Positions 38,162 to 50,469 of a stretch of DNA of 64,000 nt are shown here, in pieces (positions within the stretch are counted from its first letter, which is position 1; the number at the start of each line of letters is the position of its first letter). The notes beneath the pieces are model-generated. The model was not told where the DNA came from. It saw nothing but the letters and a program-made list of their open reading frames with translations, and made no database searches. The translations under genes and the position numbers were made by a program. This DNA is from Utricularia gibba (Eukaryota > Plantae > Magnoliophyta): contig NEEC01000021.1 in assembly GCA_002189035.1 (NCBI GenBank), forward strand, positions 1,240,001 to 1,304,000, read 5' to 3'.

Positions 38162-38470
38162 ATGGAAAGAGTGAGGGACTTGGCATCCAAGAAAGCTGCA
38201 GTCATCTTCACCAAGAGCTCATGCTGCATGTGCCACAGCATCAAAGCATTGTTTTACGAGCTCGGTGCAAGCCCTGCAATCCACGAACTCGATCAAGAAC
38301 CAAGAGGCAAGGAAATGGAGTGGGCCTTGAGAGGGCTGGGATGCAACCCCCCCGTCCCCGCCGTCTTCATCGGAGGCGAGCTCATCGGCTCCGCCAAGGA
38401 CGTCATCTCCCTCCATGTTGACGGATCTCTCAAGAAAAGGCTCATCAGTGCCAAGGCCATTTGGCTATAG
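38162..38470 (+). CDS. CC-type glutaredoxin (ROXY4/5, GRXC11/12-like), 102 aa
   Basis: Intronless. Active site CCMC, VPAVFIGG, LxxL (LKKRL) and a C-terminal AIWL, the ALWL-type motif. Confidence 0.96.
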   Translation: MERVRDLASKKAAVIFTKSSCCMCHSIKALFYELGASPAIHELDQEPRGKEMEWALRGLGCNPPVPAVFIGGELIGSAKDVISLHVDGSLKKRLISAKAIWL

Positions 38471-40951
38471 CCGCTGAAAATGCAGCATATTTGGCTATGA
38501 AGTTCCTGAGTTTGTTTCATACAGGGCTTCATTTTCTGAATTCTGTGAATGTTCTCGTCAGGTCCACTTCGCCAGACCTTGGCATAATGTGAAAAAAAAT
38601 ACACTACACCAATGTTTATAACTTGTGCGGAACATTAAACTCGAAGACGTATGTTTTTCTACGCCAAGTTGAGAGGAAATTCTAAGGAATTTTGGAAACT
38701 TTACACGAATTTAAAATTATTATTTAAATATAAATATATACGAAATATATTTTAAATCTAAATTTATAAATTTCGAGAATTGATTCTGATAAATTAGAAA
38801 CTAGGATTCTACAATTTCTTAAAAATAAAAAATACTTCTAGGATCCCTTTAGTTGGATGCAATGGAATATGTGGATTTATTTTTTATTTGGAATAAAAAA
38901 AATCTTCCTCAAAGAATTAAAAAAAACCAACATTTCTTTCCGGTTATTTTATTATTTATTGAATGATTTCAATAGATTATTCTTTTTCGACATAATTTAA
39001 CCACAAACATATAAATAATATTTAGTTTCTTACCAAAACCCTCCCTATCCATCCAACAAAACACTTCATTAGATTTTTGAATATTTTGTAGCATAAATCG
39101 TTCGTATTTAATATACAAATCCGCTTCTTTGGTGCACTTCTTCGCAAGGTATGTAATTTAGATAGAATTAGGCATTTCCTCCATAAAAAAAAGAGAGAAA
39201 TTTTGGAAACCATTATTGGTTATTTAATAAAGTAATCGTCTTATAACATGTATGATAAAAGAACACATCCGGTATTAATTTTTTTATTTTATTATATATA
39301 TAACATACTAATGGATTATTATTTTTCTAAATTATCCCTATCTTTGATCTCAAACTCAAACTTTTCTAAATTAATTTTTTCAAATTTTATTTAAAAAAAA
39401 CACTTTTCAGGTTGGTGAACCGGGTTAAACCGAAAATCGCCGAGATGGCGGTTTGCCCGGTGACCGGACGGGCCATCCACATGAACCGTCGTCTTCTTCC
39501 ACCTTGGGCGCACGAGATTTGCATCCAGAGAGACGAATGGGACGTTTAAAAAGAAAACAAAAAAGGTATTGGGGGCCATGGCCCCTACCTGTCCACATTT
39601 GAGACAACGAGGGCGCATCGAATCCCTGTCCAAAACAATTCTCTAAACTTTTTTCTCACAGGGTATAAAGTTTTTGTAATTAAATATTATAATATATATA
39701 TATATTATAATATTCTTTAAATAAAAGATCATTATTTGAAAAAAAAATCTTGTTTTCAAGGGCACCAATGTCCCATGGATCCTCATGGATGGTGGTGCAA
39801 GTATGGATGACTTCTATTTTTAGAAAATTTTATATTAAATAATTATTTTAGTATAACAAACAATCTAAATCAATGTTCTTAAAAATGTTTGAAACATATT
39901 TTTACTTTTTAAAATTATTTTAGAAAAATAAAAACAAAATTAAAAGTAACTAATTATTTAATTTTCTAAAAATAATTTTTATAGTATAATTTTAAAAATG
40001 TTTTTAATTAAATTATTTTTGTAATTAAAAATATTTTAGAAAAAATTATTTTTACTTTTGAAAAATAAAAATAAGTTTTAAAAATTCTCAAAAACATTGA
40101 TTAATATCAATTTAAAATTGAAATAGTTAATTATATAAAAAATTATAAATCATAAATTATCGATTAGACTCAATATTTTCTTATATGATTTATATTTATT
40201 ATGTAGATAGATTTCACCTATGGTCATCTGACTCAAAATTTTAATTTCAACACATCAAAGCATTTGGTTCATGACACAATTTAAATGACCGACATACGTT
40301 TTGTGCTGTTTTGAATTCCAATTAACAAAAAACACAAAAAGATGTATTGAATTTAAATAATAAAAATTAAATTGACCTATGAACTGAGTAATATATACAA
40401 TTACACCTAAAAAATTAAATTAGTTTGAATTTTAATTCATTTTTTTATATTTTAAAACTATTTAAATATAATTCAATGATGGTTTGGGATTCAACTTAGG
40501 TTTTATATCATAGTATTAAACACATCCATGTGTTTTAGAAGTTTTTAATTTCCACCGAAACATATACTTTTGGAAGCGTTTTCTCTTAAACCTACGTCCT
40601 GTTTATCGTGAGCAGGAGGTAATCAATCATCTGTAACAAAAGGACACAATCTTGGTTCAAAAATCTCAGTTTTGTTTTGAATATACTCGGTACAAACGCA
40701 CTGGGGTCCGACCAACCCTGGTGGTCTACAACTAGATTCATCACCGAAAGCAAGATTCTTTGGAAATTTGCCCCCCTACAGATTCTAGTTATCTCCCAAG
40801 ATAGATTCCTGATGAATCTGCTGCACTGATTTCCAGAAAATAGAGAGAAACCCTGCGATGTCTTGGGAAGAGCCAAGCACAGACACTTCTGGCAGCCTCT
40901 TCCCGCTATATATAGCCCTGGGTCGCCGTTAAATCTCACCCACACCGGAGA

Positions 40952-41263
40952 ATGGAGAAGATACTGGAGCTGACATCCAAGAACGGGGTGGTGGTCTTCA
41001 GCAAGAGCAGCTGCTGCATTAGCTACGCGGTTGTGATACTCCTCCAGGAACTGGGCGTCCACCCCATGATCCACGACATCGATAATGTCCCGGAGGAGAA
41101 GGAGATCGAGCGAGCTCTGAGCGGGATGGGCTGCAGCGGCCCCATCCCCGCCGTCTTCATCGGCGGCCGGCTCGTCGGATCCATCAACGAGGTCATGTCC
41201 CTTCATCTCAGTGGGAACCTCATCCCGCTCATCAGGATGTGCCCGCGTCCAGGGCTGTCTTGA
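40952..41263 (+). CDS. CC-type glutaredoxin (ROXY6-9/CEPD-like), 103 aa
   Basis: Intronless. Active site CCIS followed by YAV, IPAVFIGGRLVGSINEVMSLHLSGNLIPL, no ALWL tail. TATATATA at 40907-40914. Confidence 0.94.
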   Translation: MEKILELTSKNGVVVFSKSSCCISYAVVILLQELGVHPMIHDIDNVPEEKEIERALSGMGCSGPIPAVFIGGRLVGSINEVMSLHLSGNLIPLIRMCPRPGLS

Positions 41264-42409
41264 AATGCAGAGCGCAAGGCATGAAATCTATTAAGTTGTT
41301 TGCATTTCTGAGTTCGTTGGGAAGCTGTGGCATCATGTGTCCATGTGTATTATCAATAACGGTGGCTGGGTGATGTACCCAGAAAATGATTATTTCCATA
41401 TCTTACGGATTTGGTTCATTTCCAGGCATTTTTGTCCAAAGGAAAACAATCACGTCTACTGTTTGTCTGAGTCCTCTTTTTCATCTTCTTCCTCGTCTTC
41501 TTGTTCGAAGCAGTGCTTCGCAACAGATACTGTTCTCAACCCAGAATTTTTGAGGATCACTTACAAAAGTGATCATCTTCACACACTCTTTTACACAATA
41601 AAAATTTTTTAACTGAGATGACCAATTTTTTTACATACTTCATCAAAGATGGTTAAATTTATAATACACTCCCTAATTTTAAGTGTTTTGTTAGGGTTTA
41701 CTTTGCTATGTTAATGCCACATTGATTGATATGATATTAAAAAAATGATGGGAAGTAAAAAAAAAATTAAAAATACTTAATTTTGATATTTATTTAATTC
41801 TACTTAGGCACACCTATGCACACATGGGTTCTTTGACTTGTCAATTGTACTAATTGGGAGTAGATGGCATATGATTTAGGTGGTTAGAATGAATAATATT
41901 ATATAAGGTAAATATGAATCATAATATATAAATAAAAAAACTATATGAAATATTACGCTATAATTAGATTTAGAAATAAAATATTTTTGGTTCAAAGTTT
42001 TTTTTGAGTGGGCCTTAAATTAAATGCAAAGAAATATATTTTTAGTTTTTTTGCGAATAAAGAGTTTCATAATAGTTAAAATATGAGAAAAATATACAAA
42101 AATTGATACATTTAGGGGATTTAAAATAATTTAATTCAAATTTTGTTGATTTAATTTTATGTTTTAAGATTGAGAGTATTTTTGAGTGCCGCCCAAGACG
42201 AAGCTTCTGGTGAGGAGCCCAGCCTCGAGGAAGCTTCCATAGATCAGCCACAACCACACATCCTTTTTTTAATTAATAAAAAATATTGGAAGGAAAAGGA
42301 TAAAGCGATGCCGTTTTGACGCGCGGAGACTGTCCTTCCCACAGAAACTCCGGCGAGTTCAACTGTTGACCTGTTGTGGAATACATTCCGCCGAAGAGCT
42401 ACCGCCGCC

Positions 42410-43668
42410 ATGAGTTTACTTGTAAAGGAAACTAATCCTTGCTTCGGCGACCGTCTCTGTGATCTGTGTAACTCCTCGAAGGCCTTGCTTTACTGCCGCG
42501 CTGATTCCGCAAAGCTTTGTTTCCACTGCGATCGCGAAGCGCACTCCACGAATCAGCTCTTTCGAAAGCACCTCCGTTCTCTTCTCTGCGATGCGTGCAA
42601 TTCCGCTCCTTCTTCCATCTTCTGTTTCACTGACAACGTCGTTCTGTGCCAAAATTGCGATTGGGAAATTCACTCTAATTTGAGGGGTGTTCACGATCGG
42701 AGGCCGATTGAGGGGTTTAGTGGGTGCCCTTCGGTCTCTGATCTTTTGTGCTTTGTTGGGTTGGAGGATTTGGGGAAGAAAAGCCCGGTTTCTGAAGATG
42801 TTGATAACCTAGATCTTGAATGGATGGATTTGCTTGGTTGGGAAACTCCTTCTGTTCTTTGTCTTGAGGATTTGATCGTTATCAATGATGATTTTCCGAT
42901 TCCTGAGCATAGTATCCAGTCTATGACTCTTCCTCCCTTGCCCAAGGTTTGCTTCCTAGCTTCTGTGTTTCCCTGTTGCGATTTTCATGAATTTTTGTTC
43001 GGATCCCGAATCTGATGAATTCCTTCTGTTTAACTGTGAAATCCCAGAACCGGAATGCATCCTGTGGTAAATACAAAGAAGAAATACTAACCCAGCTTCG
43101 CCAAATGGCAAGAACCGATCCTGAATTTGATGGTTGTCTTCAAGATCTCGAACCCACCTCTGAACCACCACAAGCTGACAATAGTTCTGATCAGCAGCAG
43201 TCCACAATCTCCATCCCGGTAACACAAGGCATTCTCAGCTCATTCCTTGCTGAAAGAGTTCAATAATTTGTGGCCACCCATTTGCAGATAAGTTCATCTG
43301 ATGTTGGTGATGGCACTTTCGATGAACTATTCGACTTCACAAGCTTCATTGAGATGAACCCGGAGATCCTAGATGTTGGTGTTCCTCCAGATGTTCAAGA
43401 GGCTGTTTCTGATTCCCCATCTGTTCCCAAGTCAGGGAAGACTGATCTCAACACCCCGGAAAGGGACTCCGCACTCTCACGTTACAAAGAGAAGAAGAAA
43501 AACAGAAGGTGGGATAGCTCTGACTGTTCATCAATGGCCATTTTTTGAGACCTCTGAGGTTTCAAGTTTTTGTGCAGGTACGACAAGCTGATAAGATATG
43601 AAGCAAGGAAGGTTAGGGCCGAGGCGAGAACGAGAATCAATGGTAGATTTGCGAAGATCGAACGGTAG
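42410..43668 (+). CDS. COL13: CONSTANS-like B-box/CCT zinc finger protein (COL13-like), about 339 aa
   Basis: Exons 42410-42946, 43048-43218, 43288-43508, 43578-43668 (1020 nt). Two B-boxes (CDLC...LYCRADSAKLCFHCD and LCDAC...LCQNCD) and the CCT domain [42 protein letters not shown]. Confidence 0.9.
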
Positions 43669-44244
43669 TTGTGACATCGTTGGAGATATCCCTTGTGGAA
43701 TGACAACAGATGTAATAACTTCAATATCGTTTGATATTGTACGTTTTGATTATCCAATCTATCCGATGGATGTCGGGTTTTATACAATATTTTTTTTATC
43801 AATTTAGAAGAAATAAAAATAATTTCAAATCTTGAAATTTAAGGAATAAAAACCAATAGGTTTTTAAATTCAAAAAACCTTATAAATATTTTTTATTAAA
43901 AGAATGATTATTCGGGGAAATTAATGTTGGAAAAAGAAATGTTATTTATTGGTCGGAAGCTCGAATTTGATATATTATATAATAATAGAATAAAAAATAG
44001 AAAATCATGAAGGTTTTGCCACGCCTGAAATTGATGAGTCAGAGGGAGCAATCACAAACGAAATTGAGCTCCTCTAGGGCTGGGAAAAGAGGGCTAGACG
44101 GCGTCGTTTTCTCTGATACCCAGGGATTCGTCGTCGCCAAATTGGAGCGACTATGAATGCAGATTCTTCCGCGTTTCGTGTCTCTACAGTGCATTGATAA
44201 TCTGTGCTTGGATCGGAATTGTAGGGTCAACTGGTGGGAAACTG

Positions 44245-45731
44245 ATGGTTTCGCCTTCAGATGTTGCATACCACTTCGGTACGAGTGGAGTTTCTGTCGC
44301 CGCTGCCACTGCGCTCACTCATCCTCTAGGTTTTTTTCTCGATTTATTTCGTATGATTCTGCCTTTGTAAGCTGTTTCTTCATTGATTTTTTCAAAATCG
44401 TAGAATTTGATGGGCTAAAAGGTTTGAAATTGTATTTTTTTGTTTTTTGTGGTAAACTAGCTTCTATTGTATACAGATGTTGTCAAAATTAGGCTGCAGA
44501 TGCAGCTTGTTGGCCGGAAAGGTCCTTTGATTAGCATGGTAACTGAACCTTGGATTTCGTTTCTGTTTGATTGCTAAATTTACATTCCAGGGCCGTTTAT
44601 GATGATACTGATGCTTATGATCATTGTATCTTTGTAGAGTAGGCTTGCCCTGCAGATGGTTAAAAGTGAAGGATACAGGTCCTTGTATCTCGGAATGACA
44701 CCCGCATTAACTAGGTCAGTTCTTTATGGAGGTCTCCGTTTAGGCTTATATGAACCATCAAAATATGTATTTGAATTGGCTTGTGAGTCCACCAACGTGT
44801 TCGTGAAGATTGCATCTGGAGTATTCTCCGGTGCAATTGCTACTGCATTCACAAATCCAGTAGAAGTTGTGAAGGTAAAGGAAACGATGGAGACCCAACT
44901 CAAGGATGTCTTTTACCCTCATGCTTCATTTTCTCATAGGTACGACTGCAGATGGATACCAAATCCAGGGGCCCGATTTGGGAACTCAAGAAAGTCGTTT
45001 CAGAAGAAGGGGTGTTAGCCCTTTGGAAGGGTGTTGGCCCTGCAATGGCTAGAGCTGCTGCATTGACTGGATCACAATTGGCAACCTATGATGAATCCAA
45101 GCGTGTTAAGTTCAACTACCCTCCTTATATTCTGATGCCCACATGCACATTACGCTGAAATTCTGATGCCCATATGCAGATATTACAGAAGTGGACTTCT
45201 CTACAAGAAGGATTTTATCTGCATCTCATGTAATAACAGCTTCCCTTTTGCTCTTGCTATTTCTTTCTGAGATCCCTCCCACTAAAACCATCTCCATTTC
45301 AGGTCGAGTACTATAGCAGGTGCTGTGAGTACCATCGTGACAGCACCGGTGGACACTGTGAAGACCAGACTTATGCTGCAGAGGCAATCCAAAAGCCTTG
45401 GAGGCTACAAAAACGGGTTCCACTGTGCATACCAGGTGCTTACATTTCCTCCACAGATACCCCAACTACTACTACTCGTGCGCATTGTGCATTATAGTGA
45501 TTATAATCATATTTCCTGCATTTGAATCCAGATTGTTCTTACAGAAGGTCCTCTAGGCCTTTACAAAGGGTGAGTGCTGTTTTTCTCTACATCTTTGAAT
45601 CGAAAACTGCGTATTCATCTCCAAAATCATGCAGGGGCTTCGCGGTTTTTGCAAGATTGGCTCCCCAGACCACAATAATCTTCATCCTGTGTGAGAAGCT
45701 TCGGTTTCTCGCTGGACTAAAGGCAATATAA
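44245..45731 (+). CDS. Mitochondrial substrate carrier (ucpB-like), about 288 aa from this ATG
   Basis: Exons 44245-44329, 44477-44538, 44638-44874, 44940-45104, 45180-45229, 45303-45435, 45532-45569, 45635-45731 (867 nt). Three Px[DE]xx[KR]xR signatures: PLDVVKIR, PVEVVKVR, PVDTVKTR. The true start may be the ATG at 44153. Confidence 0.9.
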
Positions 45732-48700
45732 GATGAACATTGCAGAGATCAGTAATCTTTCCATTTATAATTTGGATAGGTTTCAATATGCTTTAGTTTT
45801 TTTAAAACTAATAAAATATGTTACCCGCATGTATTTTTTTTTAAAAAAATACAATTAAATAATTCCAATTTATTAAAATACAACAAAACCCATTAATGAA
45901 TAATTTAAAATAATTTGTTATAAAATTGTCACACATTACAATATTTTTGTCGTAATTACTACTCGAGGTTGTTCCTTGAAGATTAACATAAAGCCATACT
46001 TAAAGAACCAAATTTGATTGGACGATCAAATTTTTTTGGTTCAACATAATTGATTTGGAACGAGTTTCGAAATTGTATGTTATATGTAGTAAGGATTATC
46101 AAGATTTCTAAAACATCCTAATATTTATATCATACTTGTTAAGGGGTATCTTCTTAAGGCTAACACAACTCCATCCTTCGAGATCCAAACTTTATCAAAA
46201 TACCGACCTTTAATTAACACAACCGAATCGAAACTCGATATAATGCGTACACACATAATCATCATTAATTAAAAAAAAAGTGCAACGTCACCAAAAGTGC
46301 CTTGTTGTGCGATTGACGAGGTGGACCGGAATAGAAAATGGGTCCCACACCACCGCAGAAACGGAACTGGAGATCACGTGACGTAACACGCAGCTATTGG
46401 AAAGCAAAACCGCTATTTACTAAAAAAACATTAAAAAAAGAAAAAAAAATTAGTAGGAGGTGTGGGCCCCGTCGGCCGAGTCGTGACAAGAGACATGCCG
46501 TCAGGGTCAGGCCACTACGCGACAAAAAGAGTCGATGGATGGGCTGACCTTACTGTGTATACTGCCACGCGAGGACCGGACAGTAATTTCAGATCACCCC
46601 CCCGCGGTGTCCCGGACGGGGACGCGGACACGTTCCCCCTTGGAATTTACTTCCAGAGTCCTGATCCAGACGCGTCCCCCAAACCCCCCACCAATATAAC
46701 CAAATAAAAAAGGACAAATAAAAGCGACGCATTGGGCTTTTTCGTCCTCTTAGTAATTAATATTACAATAAATACGAATTATTGATCTCAATTGCATGTT
46801 CATAGAACATGAAATATTATTTTATATAATATTAGTAGATATTTTAATAAATTAATTATTTAATTAAATAAATTATTTTATATTAAAATTAATTTAAAGT
46901 TAAACTATTGATTTTAGTTTGAAGTAACTTTTAAATAGTGTTTGGTAGTTGGTGTAATAATGTTTTTAGAGTATGTTTTATTAAACACGCATATTTGATA
47001 AAAAAATTATAAATTTGATTTAAAATAGATTTAAGATAAATTAAAACCACGTACAGTGTTATCGAAAATTGAGAGGATGATATGTTTATATATTAAATCA
47101 CATATTTATTTCTAATTTAACCATATTTTTACTTCACTTCTAAATAAATATGAAATTCTATATTTAAAAATCTTAATTAAAACATCTTTCCATTACAAAA
47201 TATAACACATTCCAATAATATTATAACCCTAAAACCATAAGGGTGCATATAGTTGGTGTATATAATGTTAAACAGATTTTATATTTTTTAAACTTAAATA
47301 ATGTTTTGAATGCATGTATATTAATATATTCATCCTAAATAAATATTTTATTAATATTACGACAGCCGCATTCAACAAGACATGAAACTCCCCTAAAAAC
47401 TTTTATGTCGCCCATAATACACAAAAAAAATCAGAGATGTGAACACCACTAACAAAAAAAAAACAATTTTAAAATTACTAAATCAACTATAATATCTAAG
47501 ATCCATTGGTGGTGGAGAAAATCCAGGAAAAAAACATACAATATGGGTTTTGGTGCACAAGCATTGGTCAATTTTATGTTTAGTTGCATATAAACTACGT
47601 ACCAAACGTGAATTTATTATTAAACTCGCATGAAAATATGTGTAAATCGTCCAACCAAATGCATCCGAAAATACATTTTATCATACACCATATTGTCAAA
47701 ATCATAAATCATATGCAAAACACAACACTTGAAGTTTGGATGGAATTAGGATACTTTCATCGTGAGGTGTACGTGGAAGGGGGGTTGGCGGAGGAGATGT
47801 AACCACGTACGGAGTACTGCATTCACTCCCTTTTCCATAAGCGCTAATAGCGACACCAACAACCCACTGGGTGGATCCCTTTGGACTCTTTCTATCAAAT
47901 AATAATATTACAATGGTGACGTCACCATGATGCAAGCATCTTCATACATCATTAATCAAACATTTGATCATTGTCTTGTAATATATGTATGATTTCATGA
48001 GTTTTTATTTTCTCTTAATTTAAGATTAAATGTATCAAAATTTTTAATCGATATAATATTAAAAGGAATATTTATCACCTCTATCAAATTATCATGATGA
48101 TCCTCATGGGGTAAAATAGACTAAATTCCTGTTGAAATTAAAGAATCAATAGACTAAGCGATAACGCATATGAAATCCAAGTATATAAAAGATATAGATT
48201 ATTTTATGAAGATAAACATATTTTCTCGATTTAGAGTTCTCAAAGTACTCAACATTGATAGAGTATCCATTTCTTCAATAAAGCTTTAAAAAAATTGCTC
48301 AAGAAGTGTGTATGGTATAAGATTTCAAATGTCTACCATCCTTAAACCAATGGGTAAAATGAGTTATCAAATCATGAGATCAAACAAATATTAAAAACAA
48401 TTATCAATATATTAAGAAAAAATTTAATTTTTCGATATGAGATTGTTTATTTTAAAAAATTCTCGATTTTCTTATTTTTTGGGTTTTCAATGCGTGGATG
48501 GAACTATGGGTTTATGGGGACTTCTTGTTGGGTAGCGACTTAAAAGTTGAGCAATATTTTTGATGAGTTGGGTAGGTATTATTTATTATATAAGGTCATA
48601 TAATGACCTAAAACGGTGGGGGTGGTGGCTACGCGATTTATGGTTATGGAGTCCGGCCCCCCGTTTGTCGTTTCTGTGGCCTCATCTCCGTCTTCCCCTC

Positions 48701-49144
48701 CGTTGGGTTTTGGCGTTTCTCTTTGACCCTTCGGTATCTGAAATGTCTCCACGCGCCACGCCATCACCATAATTTGCTTTACTGTTTTTTTCCGCTTTAT
48801 AAAGTGCCGGTGGCAGCACAGAGGGGGAAAAAAGATATTATACCAGTCCTTTTTTTTTTGGTTTCTGATTTATCTTCCCCTCGGTTTCTGTAATTGCGTG
48901 TTTGGGTGTTCCTTGTTTTCCCTGATCTGTTGGTGAGGATTGAGTAATCTGGACTCACCCGCTTCCCTTTTTTGCGTTACCTGTTTGGCCGCTGCTGCTT
49001 TTTCTGCGTTTCTTGTTCCGCGGAAAAAGCGCCGATTTGGGGAGGAGATGCGGAAGGGGGGGTCTGTAATTGGATGCCTAGGATGAAGAAAGGCGTGTGC
49101 TTGAGACTGGGTAGCTGAAGATCAGGCACAGCGAGGCGTCGGGG

Positions 49145-50469
49145 ATGGCGGGCAGCAGCGAAGCGAACGCGAATGAGTCGAAGGTAAAGAAAGGGGAACC
49201 AGAAATCGGCTTTTTGTTGGCCGGCATTTTGTGGGTCTTGTTGTTTTGGCTGCAATTCTCGATTTGGGTTTCGATCTCTGGCGAAAAAGTTGGAGTTTTG
49301 GGTTATGGGTTCGTTTTGGTTCATGGTGATGGTGATTTAGCAGTCCGAGAAAGAGGAGTTTGTGTTTCTCTGCTGGGTTATTTTGGGGGTTTTCTTTTCT
49401 CCCCATTTCCCCATCCCTTGGCTTCTTCAGGTTTCTGATTTTGGTTTTGTTTTGTTATTTGCAGAGAATTGTTCCACTCAACACATGGATCTTGATTTCA
49501 AACTTCAAGCTTGCTTACAACATGCTCCGGCGGCCTGACGGCACTTTCAACCGCGAATTGAACGAGTTTCTGGACCGGAAGGTCCCGGCGAACGCTATTC
49601 CGGTCGACGGTGTATACTCCTTTGACGTGGTCGACCGGACAACTAATCTCCTGAACCGCGTGTATCTCTCGTCTTCGCCGGGGAACCAGTCGCGGTGGGG
49701 GCTCGTTGAGCTGGAGCAACCGTTAAGCGAAACCGAAATCGTACCGGTGATTCTATTCTTTCACGGCGGAAGCTTCGTTCATTCCTCCGCCAACAGCGCG
49801 ATCTACGACACCTTCTGCCGCCGTCTTGTCCGGACCTGCAACGCCGCCGTGGTATCCGTCAACTACCGCCGTTCCCCGGAAAACCGTTACCCCGCCGCCT
49901 ACGATGACGGCTGGACCGCCCTCAAATGGGTCCACTCCAGATCATGGCTCCGCAGCGGAAAAGGCGAGAACGCCAAAGTCCACGTCTACCTCGCCGGTGA
50001 CAGCTCTGGCGGCAACATCGCGCACCACGTCGCCGTCCGCGCCGCCGAGGAAGAAATCGAAGTCCTAGGAAACATCCTCCTCCACCCCCTCTTCGGCGGC
50101 GAGGAACGCACGGAATCCGAACGCAGGCTCGACGGCAAATTCTTCGTCCGAATCCAGGAACGCGACTGGTACTGGAGAGCTTATTTGCCGGAAGGCGAAA
50201 ACAGAGATCACCCTGCCTGCAATGTCTTCGGACCCAGATCCCCCAGTCTGGAGCCGCTGAAGAATTTCCCCAAGAGCCTGGTGGTCGTCGCCGGCCTCGA
50301 CCTTCTCCAAGACTGGCAACTCAGGTACGTCTCCGGATTGGAGAAATCAGGGAAGCAAGTGAAGCTCCTCTACCTGGAAAAAGCAACCATTGGTTTCTAC
50401 TTCCTGCCGAACAACGACCATTTCCAGTGCCTGATGAAGGAGTTCCAGAGCTTCCTCCACTCATGCTAA
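49145..50469 (+). CDS. GID1B: Gibberellin receptor GID1, B clade, about 347 aa
   Basis: Exon 1 49145-49183 (MAGSSEANANESK) and exon 2 49465-50469. Motifs VPLNTWILISNFKLAYN, FFHGGSFVHSSANSAIYD, GDSSGGN, RDWYW, ATIGFYFLPNN. EIVPVILFF is as I recall for GID1B. Confidence 0.96.

Noticed and set aside
40592-41206. 204-aa minus-strand ORF
   Set aside because: It is largely the antisense shadow of the GC-rich glutaredoxin CDS and has no recognisable domain.
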